Assembly (NCBI GenBank): GCA_028534125.1 | Contig: CM052816.1 | Span: forward strand, 67,458,001-67,522,000 | Direction: 5' to 3' | Length of the DNA: 64,000 bases | Source of the DNA: Lama glama | Lineage: Eukaryota | Shown here: in pieces, positions 1 to 11,668 of the stretch | Numbering within the stretch: position 1 is the stretch's first letter | Layout of the letters: each line of letters begins with the position of its first letter | Position numbers and translations under genes: made by a program | The notes under the pieces: generated by a model | Told to the model about the DNA's origin: nothing | Databases searched by the model: none | Seen by the model: the letters and a program-made list of their open reading frames with translations, nothing else

Positions 1-3000
1 GTTGAAGAGTTTAGAAGAAAAGAATTAATTCAAAACGAGAAATCACAGAAAATCTAAATTAAAATTAGCTTAAGATATGATCCTGTGAGATGGTGAGTAG
101 GCACAGATGTGTGTAATGATGCCCTGCCTCAAACCAAACTTCCTACTGGATTATCTCAAAAACTAAACAAAATAAGGACTCGTAGGGACATTGCAGGGAC
201 TCTCAAAGTTCATCTGAAACTTCAAACTCTTCAGAATACAGTGTTGTTATGGTGCTTCATTTACTGTAATGCTAAAAAGGATAAAAGAACAAAGAATAAT
301 GACCTAAATAAACAAAGTGAGATAGGGTTCATCTTTCCAAACGTTAAACACACGTTAATCTACTAGAGTAAACATTCCAACTTCTTGGCTGCTTACAAAG
401 GCCCAAGATATGAAGGCTAAGAAAAATATTTTCAGGCACACAAGGACACAGACATTTATCACCAATACACAGTTTTTCTCAAGAACATAATAAAGTCAAA
501 ATGAAAATAAAGAATAATGATCTCAAACAGAGGCCAATGAAGAATACTAGAAATAGTGTTAAACAATTTAAATTTCACAGTTACTTCTAGTAAATAGATG
601 GTGACAGGCATAAATAAAACAAAAGATTCCTGATTATTAACAATACTTAAAATATAAGAGAAAATCTTAACAGTCTGGTATTCAAAATCTAAATTAAATG
701 AAACTCAGGAATCTGAGGAATAACTGGCTGATGCTGGGAAATGCTAAAGGCAGTTAAGAGTTTTGCAAGGTCAGGTCTCAGAGGAATCCAAGTGCTGAAG
801 CAGGGGCAGCTCTATCAGTACACCACAACTAAGTTCAAACATGACTGATAAAGTCATCACTGATCAAAACTAGAAGACAGAAGAGAACAGATAGTAAAGT
901 AGGCACATTAGGTTTAAGCCTCAACCAATGTAGCTCCTGACTATAAACTTCACCTTTCCTAAAAGTGACTTCTACACACTTAAGAGAAAGAGTCTGACAG
1001 TTTCCTCAAAGAGGTCTTCAGTGCAAAAAATGAGAATATCCTACAAAGAAGAAAGATGAAGCCTCAGAAAAATCAGTCATAGAAGAGAGGTGGTAAAGTA
1101 AAAAATGGTAAAGGTACCAAAACGGAGTATATAGGGCGTGGGAGGAAAGAGAAGCAGGCATAGTGCTGATATACTTACTAAGCATTCATTTTCAAACATT
1201 TTAGTACAAAGACTAAGACCATGTCCTTTTGTACCAGATCTACAGAATTTTAATACATGCTCCCACCTCACCAGTTAATCTCTCATCTGTAAAATGAAAA
1301 ACAGCATCTCCTGTCTTAGAGTTACTGTGAAATGTTTACTTTGAAACAAGTACTAGAAAAAAAAAAGTCCAGAAATGTCACGTATTATCTTCAAATAACA
1401 GGGTTCCAATCATATTTCAAATTGAAAGTGTCCCCTTTCAAGAATTTTAAACCTAAAATTTAAACCTAAAATCCATAAAAGTATGGAAGATATAACAGAA
1501 ATAAACACAACAAAGACTAACCAACGTCCTACATAACTATGCTGAAAATACTACATAAACCTGCCCATTTAAGAACGTGTTCTTAGCCTAATGAGCCAGG
1601 ATGGTGGCCCCCAGCACTGGTGTTCACATGGTGGAGTGTTCCCAAATGTGTCTGCTACCAGTGTCTATGTTCCCAGGGTGAGCTGCCACACCCCAGGGAT
1701 ACTCTCCAAGACCACCAGCTGCTGGTTGCTGAACTGCTGCTACCATGACACTGACTGACCAAAATTGAGTACTTGGACTCTAAAATCCCCTGCTTTTGAT
1801 TGATCCCCTCCCAGCTAAGAGCTTAAATTTATAAGAATGTGTCAGATGTCAATACTAGAACATATGAGCTGAAAGAAAGTATTCTTAATGTAATATAAGT
1901 AATAGAAAAGGGGAGGGCAGCACTGGTAACTTAAATTTACATCATTTGTATCTATTTTATACTACTTATAAACTGATTCATCTGTTCATAGATTATCTCC
2001 ATAAATTTCTCCTGAAACAAACCTTCTGAATTAAGTGTTTGAAGCTGATGGATTTAAACAGTATCCATTGTCTCCTTCTACACTTTCTCCATTTACTTTA
2101 TCAACTGGTCAGCTACACGAAAAAGACCCTAATTGTTCATTCTTTTAAAGAGAAAATTTATGTACTGATGAAAGACTTTAACACTTACATAAAAGAATTA
2201 AAAAGTGACTTCAGTGACTTCCTTCTGTAAGTTATGTGTTTATTATCTCAAGCTCATAAGCAGTTATTCTCATTCAAATTGCTTTAAAAATACCTGAAGG
2301 CAAATATGAGCTTTGGATTTTCAAATCATTATTTTCTTCTAACCTCACAAACAATTGTAATATGATAATAACTAACTTTAAATATCCCTTTATTATCTTG
2401 TTATTTCATGCTCTCCCAGTATCTTTGAATATGATAGTTTTGTTCCTTAAATACAAAGCCAGTGGTGGAGGGGAGTGGTTCAGTTCTTCGGAAGATTAAA
2501 GTACTGCCACACATAATACAAAGTAAATCAGTCACATGCATCAGTCAGAGCTGACATCTTAATTCCTCAATAGACCAAACGTTAGGGCCCAACCCTATCT
2601 GATTCTAAAACCAATGCACTTGACCACTATGTTATACTACTGGAGAAAATGGAAATTAAAGTATTGCTAGTCAGATACTTCAAAATGTGTACCATCCCCA
2701 ACTAAAAATATTAATAATAAGCCTATACTGAAGGGTCAAAACAAGAGGCTTATAAGCGTGCACTACCAAGTCAAGGTTCACCCTTTCCTTCACTATCACA
2801 TTGATACCAGTTACTAATTCCTCATCATCTTGACATAAGAGGCAACTTTAATATGTGAACCAAAGCATACTGCCAGATGAAGGGTAAATAGTATTTGAAT
2901 TAAGTTTTCACACTAATTTGAAGAAACTTAGTCACATTAAACATAATCATATACAAATATCAAACTCAAAGAATCTATACCACAGCAATCAAAACAAATT

Positions 3001-5048
3001 CCAAATGAACACTAATTTTAATAAAGAAACTTTTTAAGATTATTTTTATATAGACAGATGCTGCTTGAATTTTGCTGGCTTTGAATTTTTTATTTAATGT
3101 ACAAATCTTTTTGTTTTACAGCAGCATGACAGTTTTAATCACATGTGTTTCACTATTTATGTCAAAGCAATGGTATATTATTCTTTCCTTTAATAAGGTC
3201 CCCACATTACTCATATCAAGAAGAGCAAGCTTAAATAAATACACTTCTAAACTAAAAACGACTTAAATGATGAACAAGTAATACTTCTAACTCTGGCCAA
3301 ATAAAAGTTATTTGTGTCAAGTTGTCTAATCAAACTATTAATTTTTCCCTCTCTATCTTGAACACGTGTTGCATAACCTTTTTCTTCTTATTGTTATAAA
3401 TTTAACAGTTGTTTAGGATAAGACATTAAAGGAGTCATTTCAGTACATAAACAATCCACCAACAGAATGCTTCTTTACAAAGTAATTTGATAAAGATTAT
3501 TCCCTTCTCTTAATTCCATTTACAAAGTCACTTTCAAAACCACTTGTTTTCATGACCTAACCTCATTTAATGTAATCATGTCACTTGACCTGTGGCTAAT
3601 ATCATTAGAATTTTCTAGAAAACAACCTAAGAACTGGTCACCAATTTCCTATGATTTAGAATGCTAAACAAATGAAAAAAATTATTTAGAATAAGCCTTG
3701 ATGCTCTTAAGTAGTTTATCAAATATGAGCAAAAAAGCAGAAAAGTTCGCCAAATTATCAAGGAATAAACACAAATATAAATGCTGAAATGAGCTGAAAG
3801 ACTATGCTTCAAGTTAATTACTAGTGACTGAAGTTTTCCATCATTTAGTATCTTAAGCACCAAATGTCAGGCTCCGCTAATAATATGTTGCTGGCATATT
3901 ATGTCAACACAAAATAACCAGTAGGATATCTGAAACACACTAATCAATAGTTACTAATGTCTCAAATTGCATACAAACACGTCAATACAAATCATTTTCT
4001 CTTTCTCACCGCCAAATAAATCACACAACTAAGTTATTTTAAAATTCTCACAGGCACAATGAAGTGACCTGAATTTGTCTTAGTTTAAATTATTAGGGAT
4101 ATGAGAAAAATTAATTCAGTAAGTACTAACTTTATGCGTAACAACTTAATCTGATTAAGATCAAAACACTACAGAAGTCACAGATATAAGCTGCAGGGTG
4201 TTTCAATAAAGCTAATTAAGATTCTACGTAGCATTAATTTATATTTAACTAAATTTTTAATAGCTGAACTACCCTCATGCAAAGTATTTTTTAATTGGGA
4301 TATTATGTTTAGACTTGCAGTTTTTGATCTACAAAAGGACAGTTTCAGGGACAAACTAGTGGTGTTTCCTTTTTAATACATATTATATTTCCATTATTAA
4401 ATTTTGACTTACCTGGAAAGAAGTAGCACTAGAAAAGTTCTACTGAAGTCCTTCCTAAAATTCTCATGTCTTCCTCAGGAACATAGCTATTTTAAATATT
4501 GCAATGGGGAAAACAGTATTTGGGAACCCAGGGCGTAAACTGAGAAAGGAACCGTGGAGTGTAATACAATGAAAGTTTCATTGTATTCCTATGGGAAGTA
4601 CTGGGAATTTAACAGTTAACGAAGCCACAATAACCATTTCTTTCTAATGCAAACACATTTTTAAGTTTACCTAAGACACAGTAAAGAGTACATCTTCCTT
4701 TTAAACATCTTTTCAACTAGTGCTCAAAATCCTTAGACCAACCCTGAAACAGTAGAATCAAAATCTTTGTATTAATACATTTTATTCTCAATATTTTCAA
4801 AGATGTATTTGCCTGTAAATCACTTCTAAAACTATTAAATTAACCAAGGATCATTACCAATAGTATCTATAGGTAGTTTTATATGACAAATGCTCACTAA
4901 CATTCTTGATTTTTTAATTTACTTTCATTTTAATCAAATCCAAATTACTCCTAATTTCTTAGAGATTTTATTTAACACCTTTCAGGTGGTTCTATATTCT
5001 TATTGCAATCAGCTGTTCCCAGAAAAACTGAATAATAAGGAAACATAC

Positions 5049-5108
5049 CTAAGAGAGGAGCTTGGGAGATTTTTTTGGTTGGGTATGTGTGTGTCTGGGC
5101 GTGTAGGC
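5049..5108 (-). CDS. GPBP1: GPBP1 alternative cassette exon (60 nt, GLHAQTHTYPTKKISQAPLL)
   Basis: Acceptor ctctccccag|GCC and donor TAG|GTATGT, symmetric phase 1-1, no stop. The peptide matches my recollection of the 20-aa insert in a vasculin isoform. Confidence 0.88.
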   Translation of the reverse strand, partial: AYTPRHTHTQPKKSPKLLS

Positions 5109-6147
5109 CTGGGGAGAGTGGTAGAAATACTAATTTGCAATACAGAAAAAACAATGCCATTTACATGGTTCTAACAAGTGTCTGACCACCCCCACCCCCA
5201 CCCCCAAGAAGCCCTTAAATAAATTGGGAGATCAAAACAAAATAATTCCCCAGCGTATCACCCCATAAATACAGTAAAGAACAGCACAGGAAGTGGCAAA
5301 GTTTAAAATAATGCCTTTATTGTTAGGACTAGTATGCTATCATAAGCCACAATCCTTTTGTTTTGGTAAGTTATTAATTTTCAATAGAAAAATACAAATA
5401 AACATGTGTACAAGTTCCAAAGTGGATACATCACCTCTGAATTTGGTATCAAATAATTAAATTTATTTTTCAGACAGATATCAAATCTTCATAATTTAAA
5501 TTTTTCCATTATTTTAAACTTCACTTGAATCTCTAAAAAGCTAACTAAGTTGCAATATATGAGTGCAGTTTAATCTTCTGTAAGATACCATCAAATTAAA
5601 CTCTCAGCAGTTTTAAAGAAAAGGGAGTTATTACCAGAAAAAATACCATTATATTTGACAATTAAAAAGGCAAATAATCTCAAACATAACTAGTTCGACA
5701 GGCAATTATTTTGAATACTCTCCACGTATAATCATTTTCATAGGTAAAAAAATTAAGTTTATATCAATTATAAGTAAAAGCACTTATCTTTCCAGTTAAG
5801 TTTTCAACTTTGAAAAACTACAAATTAAACTAAGTTTGTTGTTTATCAGGCTGCTCTCAAAATGACATGAATTCATTAAATTAACTTATACGACCTTTTT
5901 AAAATAAAAAAACCTCATATTTGAGTGTACACAATGGTACTAACATGTGCAGATCAACTACTCAAATCAAGCTCTTTTCTATCCCCAGTATCTTTTTTAA
6001 AAGATAAGTGCTACCTTTTTTGTAGCTTAGCACATCAAAATCTGGTATTTAAAATAAAGTTTAATTCTCATCTACTATTTATTAAAAAAAAGTGAAACCT
6101 AAAAATAACATTTTATATCCCTCAAAGATAGATCAAAAATTACTTAC

Positions 6148-6214
6148 CCCAAACACCTGCAGCTAAAGATTTATTCTGATTTGGTTCTCTCTCATATTCA
6201 GGATTTAAAGATGG
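6148..6214 (-). CDS. GPBP1: GPBP1 coding exon (67 nt, PSLNPEYEREPNQNKSLAAGVW+G)
   Basis: Acceptor ttttttttag|CCA and donor GGG|GTAAGT, phase 0 to 1. Confidence 0.96.
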
Positions 6215-6504
6215 CTAAAAAAAATTAGAATAAAAAGAAAACAACAAATGTTTAAACTGCTCACATTTAACAAAAAAAAATCCTTTTAAAAGTAATCTCA
6301 ATACTGAACAAAATGACATTATATAATGAACCCCTAACTATTTTAAAGACTAATTATTCATAAACCTTACTTTCTGCTTAGCCAACAATTAAAATGGTTC
6401 TATCTACCCTCAGAGTTAGGAAAAAACAAGGGAATTGTCTTAAAATATTCTCCTCACCCCCATTTACCTGAAGAAAAAATTGTGAATTAAAAAAAAACAG
6501 AGCA

Positions 6505-6644
6505 GGGGAAAAGATGTAGCTCAGTGGTAGAGTGCATCCTTAGCATGCACGAGGTATGCACTGGGTCCTGGGTTCAATCTCCAGTACCTCTGTTAAAAAA
6601 TAAATAAATAAACCTAACTCATCCCCCTAAATAATAATGTTTTT
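6505..6644 (+). mobile_element. tRNA-derived SINE (camelid Vic-1-like)
   Basis: A box TAGCTCAGTGG, B box GGTTCAATC, A-rich tail; TSD aaaaacagagca at 6493-6504 and 6645-6656. Confidence 0.9.
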
Positions 6645-7199
6645 AAAAACAGAGCAAATGCAAAAGAATGTAGTTTTTGCATCAATATGAAAAATCATTC
6701 ATCCTTTCTTAGCATAAGGTCAAGAGCAGGGAAGAGGAAAATCAGACTGTTCCTCAGCTCTTCTCTTAGGTGTTCACTGCTGGATGCTTTAGTTATCACT
6801 CAATTCTCAATGCAAAGCACAAATTTGTATTTCAAAAAGTGACGCTCAGGGTATTAAAAAGAAAACTGAGCTGAGCACTGAATGTGTACTCTAAAGCTAA
6901 CCTTCGTATAGATACTGTCTAGAAAAGGGAAATTATTTAAATTTAATGAGGAATAAAATGACAAATTTATCTAAAGTTTTAAAAGACCACATGGTGGGAC
7001 ACAGGAATAAATGGGGGTAGGGGGTGGTAGTTTATGAACAAAAAGCCTCACAAAATCTAAGGGTTAAAAATCACTGAACCTATCAAGTGTGATGTCTGTA
7101 GAAGATGAGCTGTACTGATAAAAATCTCCTGAGAAAGAACTTGATGCTTAAATGGCACTTACAGAAACCTCGCTTGTATTAAAATTACAAGAAACTTAC

Positions 7200-7423
7200 A
7201 AAATCCTCAGCCTCAAACTGTTTGCGTTCTCTCTTGTCGTCTTTCCTCCCCGTTTCATTGTCAGGTATGTTGTTTTCATGTAGTCCTTGGCTTTTCCCAG
7301 AATGGAAAATACTGCTACGAGAACGGGAACTTCCACCATGGTATCCCCCTCGATGATTTATGTTTTCAGTACCATTTCTTCCATGTGTACGCCATCCATT
7401 TTTTTCTTTCCTTCCAAAGTTAC
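7200..7423 (-). CDS. GPBP1: GPBP1 coding exon (224 nt, NFGRKEKNGWRTHGRNG...RKQFEAEDF)
   Basis: Acceptor aaataag|GTAAC and donor TTT|GTAAGT, phase 1 to 0, open frame. Preceded by a 136-nt intron. Confidence 0.97.
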
Positions 7424-7559
7424 CTTATTTGATAATGGTAAAGTATTGTAAATTCAGAGAAGATGCTTACACCTAAAGATTCAATCATAATCAAAACAAT
7501 TCTTAAAAGAACATGAAGAAAATTATTCTTAAACTCTACTGTTCCTTAGCAAATTTCAC

Positions 7560-7683
7560 CTCCATTAGGACGTCCAATACCAGAATCAAAGCCATCGGAA
7601 GAGTTGTGTCGTCGACGATTCACATCATAACGATTTTCTGTCCATGAAAAGTTTTCAGAATGCTTCTCAAAATTCAGTGACGA
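7560..7683 (-). CDS. GPBP1: GPBP1 coding exon (124 nt, SSLNFEKHSENF...RPNG+G)
   Basis: Acceptor gatttgtttcag|TCG and donor GAG|GTGAAA, phase 0 to 1. Lies inside ORF 7546..7770. Confidence 0.97.
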
Positions 7684-7711
7684 CTGAAACAAATCATAAG
7701 CATACGGTAAA

Positions 7712-7770
7712 TATGTGTGTGTGGGTGTGTATACATATATACATATATATATATACATATACACACACAC
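7712..7770. repeat. Compound (TG)/(TA)/(CA) microsatellite
   Basis: Dinucleotide runs directly visible, about 30 nt from the exon acceptor at 7684. Confidence 0.9.
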
Positions 7771-7945
7771 CTGACAATAACTTTAAAAACTAGTTAATAC
7801 TGACTTTATTTCTAAGAATTTTAAATGGCTAAGACTTTGTAGTTATTTTCAATGTGTTTGGTAATTGGTAACATAAGATGGATGCCACTGTTTGTCTATT
7901 TTCTTCTTACATTTCTTCTCTAATGTAAACAAGAGCACCACTCTG

Positions 7946-8083
7946 TGTGTGTGTTTATTTTTATTTTTTACTTTGGGGGAGAGGTAATTAAGTTTATTTA
8001 TTTATCTTTTTAGAGGAGTTACTGGGGATTGAACCCAGGACCTCATGCATGTGCACTCTACCACCTGAGCCATACCCTCCCCC
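7946..8083 (-). mobile_element. tRNA-derived SINE (Vic-1-like)
   Basis: Reverse-complement A and B boxes; TSD aagagcacca(c/t)tctg at 7931-7945 and 8084-8098. Confidence 0.9.
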
Positions 8084-8599
8084 AAGAGCACCATTCTGAA
8101 AAAGTTCAACAACTGCATCTATTTACACAAAAACTTTAAAGGTAAAATGCCTGTAAGGAAAACAAGGCAAAATATGCATTTCTTTTATAAGAAAATGTAA
8201 TATTGTGTATCACACACTATTTGATTTAAACAGCTTACGGTTTTCAACTCAGAAAATTATGACAAAGGAAGCTACAGTTTTAAGTTCTCTACATTTCCAA
8301 ACTCCTCTTTCTCCAAAGCAAATGTTTTAACAAATTTATCAAAAAAAAAAGTAAAAACAAATTAGTACAAAGGGCACAGAATACCTCATTTAAAGAATTA
8401 GACTTCATTTAAAGAATGAGGAATGTATGAAAACAAAAATTCACAACTATTCACCTTCACTCTCTACTTTCCCATATTCCCAGCTAAAGAAATCATGTAA
8501 TCTCTTGAAAGCTTAGACTGTGGCCCTAATATGCATGTACTAAACTTCTTAGTCTGTGTCCCCACAGTGGGAAGAGGTATCCCAGTGCACCAAAATGAC

Positions 8600-10700
8600 T
8601 GATAAGAGTTCAGAAAAATTCAGCAGTAGGATAGGGAAATTAAAGTGATCTTACAGGTGGGGCCCCTAGGCTAATTTAATGTACTGTCGCTTTGTTTTAC
8701 AGTTGATGCAAATGTTATATGCTTGTATTGAAAATGCTCAAGATTCTTCCATTCAGGGAATGTCACAGGTTGACAGGTGATTCCCATTCCCTTCCAAGTG
8801 GTCTAGCAAAAACTGTATAAGCTACCAGAAAAGAAAAGAAAATCAGAGATGAGGTTGAAGACTTGATAGATACTGGAATATTCAGAGGCTACTTCCCAGT
8901 ACAACAGAGCCACCTGCCTAACACACACACCAAGTATGCTCCTTTTTAAAATGGAATGTGGCTCTTGCCCTACTGCTGACCCCTTATTAAAAAACAAACA
9001 ATTCAAACTAAGGGCTACCCAATAAAAGAGCCCAATAGGGCTCTCTTGATCAAATGGAAATTATGTGTTCAAGGGTGCAGCTAGCCTGGCCCTATAATTT
9101 TAGTTTTGCATGCAGAAGTGGCAACTACCCTTTGGAATAAACTTTATTCCCCTCTACCACCTATAACAAGCCACTGGTTCAATAAGACTCTCAAATCACA
9201 GAGATTAAGCCTGGTTAGCTGAACTAATGGTTCAACTAAGTTAAAAGATGATGGTGTCCACTGCTGCCATCCAGCCCAACAACTCTGGAAAACAAAATGG
9301 GTAAGTACCAATCAGCTCAATGGAATAAAATAAAAGCTGTGACTCTTGCCTTGGATAATATCCTTAAGGACATTTTATATTTTTCTGAGTCTTGGTCTGT
9401 TGTCAATGGCCTAGTCATCTTGTCCGTCATCCAAAAAACTATAGACTAGCAGATAAAAACACTTCTCTGGGGTCACACACTGCGGGAAATTGCAGCTACT
9501 GCTCAGACAATCTGAGTCACTCATGTTGATACAGTAAGGCTTGCTGTCTGACGAAGAGTGAATGTAATTGAGAACGACTGAAGAAAGAATACAGATCAAA
9601 TCTTTGGCACACTACCCTAGATCCATCATCACACGAGACATGGAACACACCCACTATCACAGACTGATTACAAAATAAAGGCCTATCTTTCCGATGCAGA
9701 AGCCACCACTACATGCCAACTTGTGACCCCTGCCAAAAGGTGATCCATTTGTCTCAACTGTGAACAAGAACACATTACACAAGGAGAACTACATTCAAAC
9801 CTCTGACTAATTCATGGAGCTATCCATGAAGTCTCATCACTGTTGAAACTTTTTCAGATTATAGTGTTACTGCTGCAGTCTGACAGGCTAACTCTGGTCA
9901 CACTATTGTGATTCTTGAAATTAATCCACATTCTATCATGTTTTTGGCATTCCAGACAACTAACAGACCACTAATAGTACATCTTTTGTCAAAGGGGTCA
10001 CCCTGCTTTGGTCCATTTTTCAAAGTGCTCAGTGGACATTCCATACTATCAACCACAGGCATCTGCTTTCAAAAGCATTTTAACAATCTCCTCAAAATTC
10101 AACAACCTACAACTCTGTGTCCCTCATCTCTTCACAAATCTTAGTAAGACAGTTTGGTCCATGAACACAGCGTAGCCAAAAAGAGATTATATCCTCTTAG
10201 CCACTTCCTGGGTAGTAATCGGGATGTTCTTTCTTTGTGAAGAGTTATGAGAGTATATAGACCTACATTAAAAATTCAAGACTCTGCCCTGATTATCCCT
10301 GAACATGATGTTTCTTTCTTTCTCCTAAGAGCAAATGCAGGCCAGGCCACCCCTCAGGGTAATGGCCAACCAAAAAGGAATTCAAACAATCTGGTCTGGT
10401 CACCTGGATTCTCTTGACTAAATCTGCTTGTGCACACTTCTTACCGAGTCCCCCCTAAAATACCCAATGTGGACTAAGGTGAGGGTGAGAGACCTTTATA
10501 ATAAGTCTCTGCAAATTATTTACAAATGCTCCTTCCCCACTCATGTCTGGCTCCTCTGGATAAAAAAATCTGGGTGCAGGAAGGGGATTTTTTTTTTAAA
10601 GTGAAGTTAGAGCTATGGGAATGGGGACATACCGATTTCAAGGCTGTTAAGGGGGAGCAAAAACCCTAGCACTTGCAGAAGGAGTATCTTTGACCCCAGA
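8600..10700 (+). pseudogene. Decayed ERV-L-type pro/pol (protease, RT start, tether, RNase H, integrase)
   Basis: Frameshifted translations in ERV-L order: VILQVGPLG (protease); QKLYKLP..EDLIDTGI..TSQYN (RT N-terminus); YAPF and LLIKWK (tether); TAAIQP, SAQWNKIKAV, ESWSVVNGL, VTHVD (RNase H); CDPCQ, VETFSDY, HVFGIP, QWTFH, FNNLLKIQ (integrase); EVRAMGMG (IN C-terminus). Confidence 0.85.
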
Positions 10701-11059
10701 AGGTGCAGGGAGAAAGGAGAACAATTAACGTTCTCTCTTGTCCCCTAAAATCAGCACCATTGTGAATCCAACAGCAGCTCAGGATAAACGGCTAGGTTTG
10801 TATCCCCACCCACATTTTTTGAAATTAAAAAAAAAAATTGATGTGGCCACGTACAGCCCTTACAATTCTGCTGTGCCAGATGTCAACAGCAGCTCCTGAA
10901 CACGAATGTGTAAAAAACACCCTTCAATTTAATCTATGTCATGTTTCTGGCATTCCAGACCACTAACAGTCCAATTAATAGTACATCTTTCATCAAATGA
11001 TCACCCTGCAATGGGCCAATATTCAAAGTAGTCAACAGACATTTCATATTCCCTACCTG

Positions 11060-11570
11060 CACAACTTTGTTTCGTTCTAATAAAAACTCACATGATTCTC
11101 CTAACACCTGAGTGGTCTTAGGTTATGCCTTGTACAGCAACTGAGGTTGCAACTAATGATGACATTGTGCATGTGTAACCAAGCAAATGTAACAGCAATC
11201 CAAATCAAGTTTAACAACAAATCTCAAACTGGAGTGATCTGTGTCCCTTCAGGTAGTATGCTCGTATGTGGGGGAAAATATGTGATGGAATGTCTGTCTT
11301 CTATTGAGGATGAGGGTTGCTTTTTGGTTCATCTTATTGCCCTTAAAACTGTAAGTAATATATCAAAACTCAAGTCAATTTATACTCCCTTGGGTGGATT
11401 TCAATGGACAATAGAGTGGCATTAACCATATACTGGTTGGCTTAAAAAAAAAAAAATCTACTGTTCCCCCCATACATTATTCACAATTGCTTAAATCCTG
11501 GTCTTACCATGCTACTTTGGGACATTGATAGTAGCCTTCATTAAACTGTTATAAGACAAATTAAATCCAT
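11060..11570 (+). pseudogene. Gammaretrovirus-type env remnant (SU C-terminus, immunosuppressive-domain relic, TM relic)
   Basis: ORF 11147..11425 contains ICVPSGSMLVCGG..MECL....GCFLVHL, the Cys pattern of class I env SU. MDNRVAL at 11404 continues as (D)HIL after a 1-nt shift. Hydrophobic LIVAFIK near 11527. Confidence 0.75.
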
Positions 11571-11668
11571 TTAATTTGTTCATCACATTAATCAAAATAG
11601 CTGACAGAGTGGTACAATCATGTGAAAATTCAAGTTCGGCCAAAAACATGCATGTTTGATGGGTAGAC

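Noticed and set aside
1..4400. Next GPBP1 coding exon (EYPPNPKSR-like, from recall)
   Set aside because: Not found in the window; presumably lies beyond position 1.
4890..5174. 94-aa + strand ORF antisense to the cassette exon
   Set aside because: No recognisable protein features; shadow frame of the minus-strand exon.
6505..6590. tRNA gene (also the other A/B-box copies)
   Set aside because: A-rich tails, TSDs and lack of a full cloverleaf identify these as SINEs.
7546..7770. 74-aa ORF as a standalone gene
   Set aside because: Only 7560-7683 is a GPBP1 exon; the N-terminal part is translated microsatellite.
11147..11425. Domesticated syncytin-like gene
   Set aside because: Only a short SU fragment; the ISD is frameshifted, and no signal peptide, furin site, fusion peptide or CX6CC is visible.
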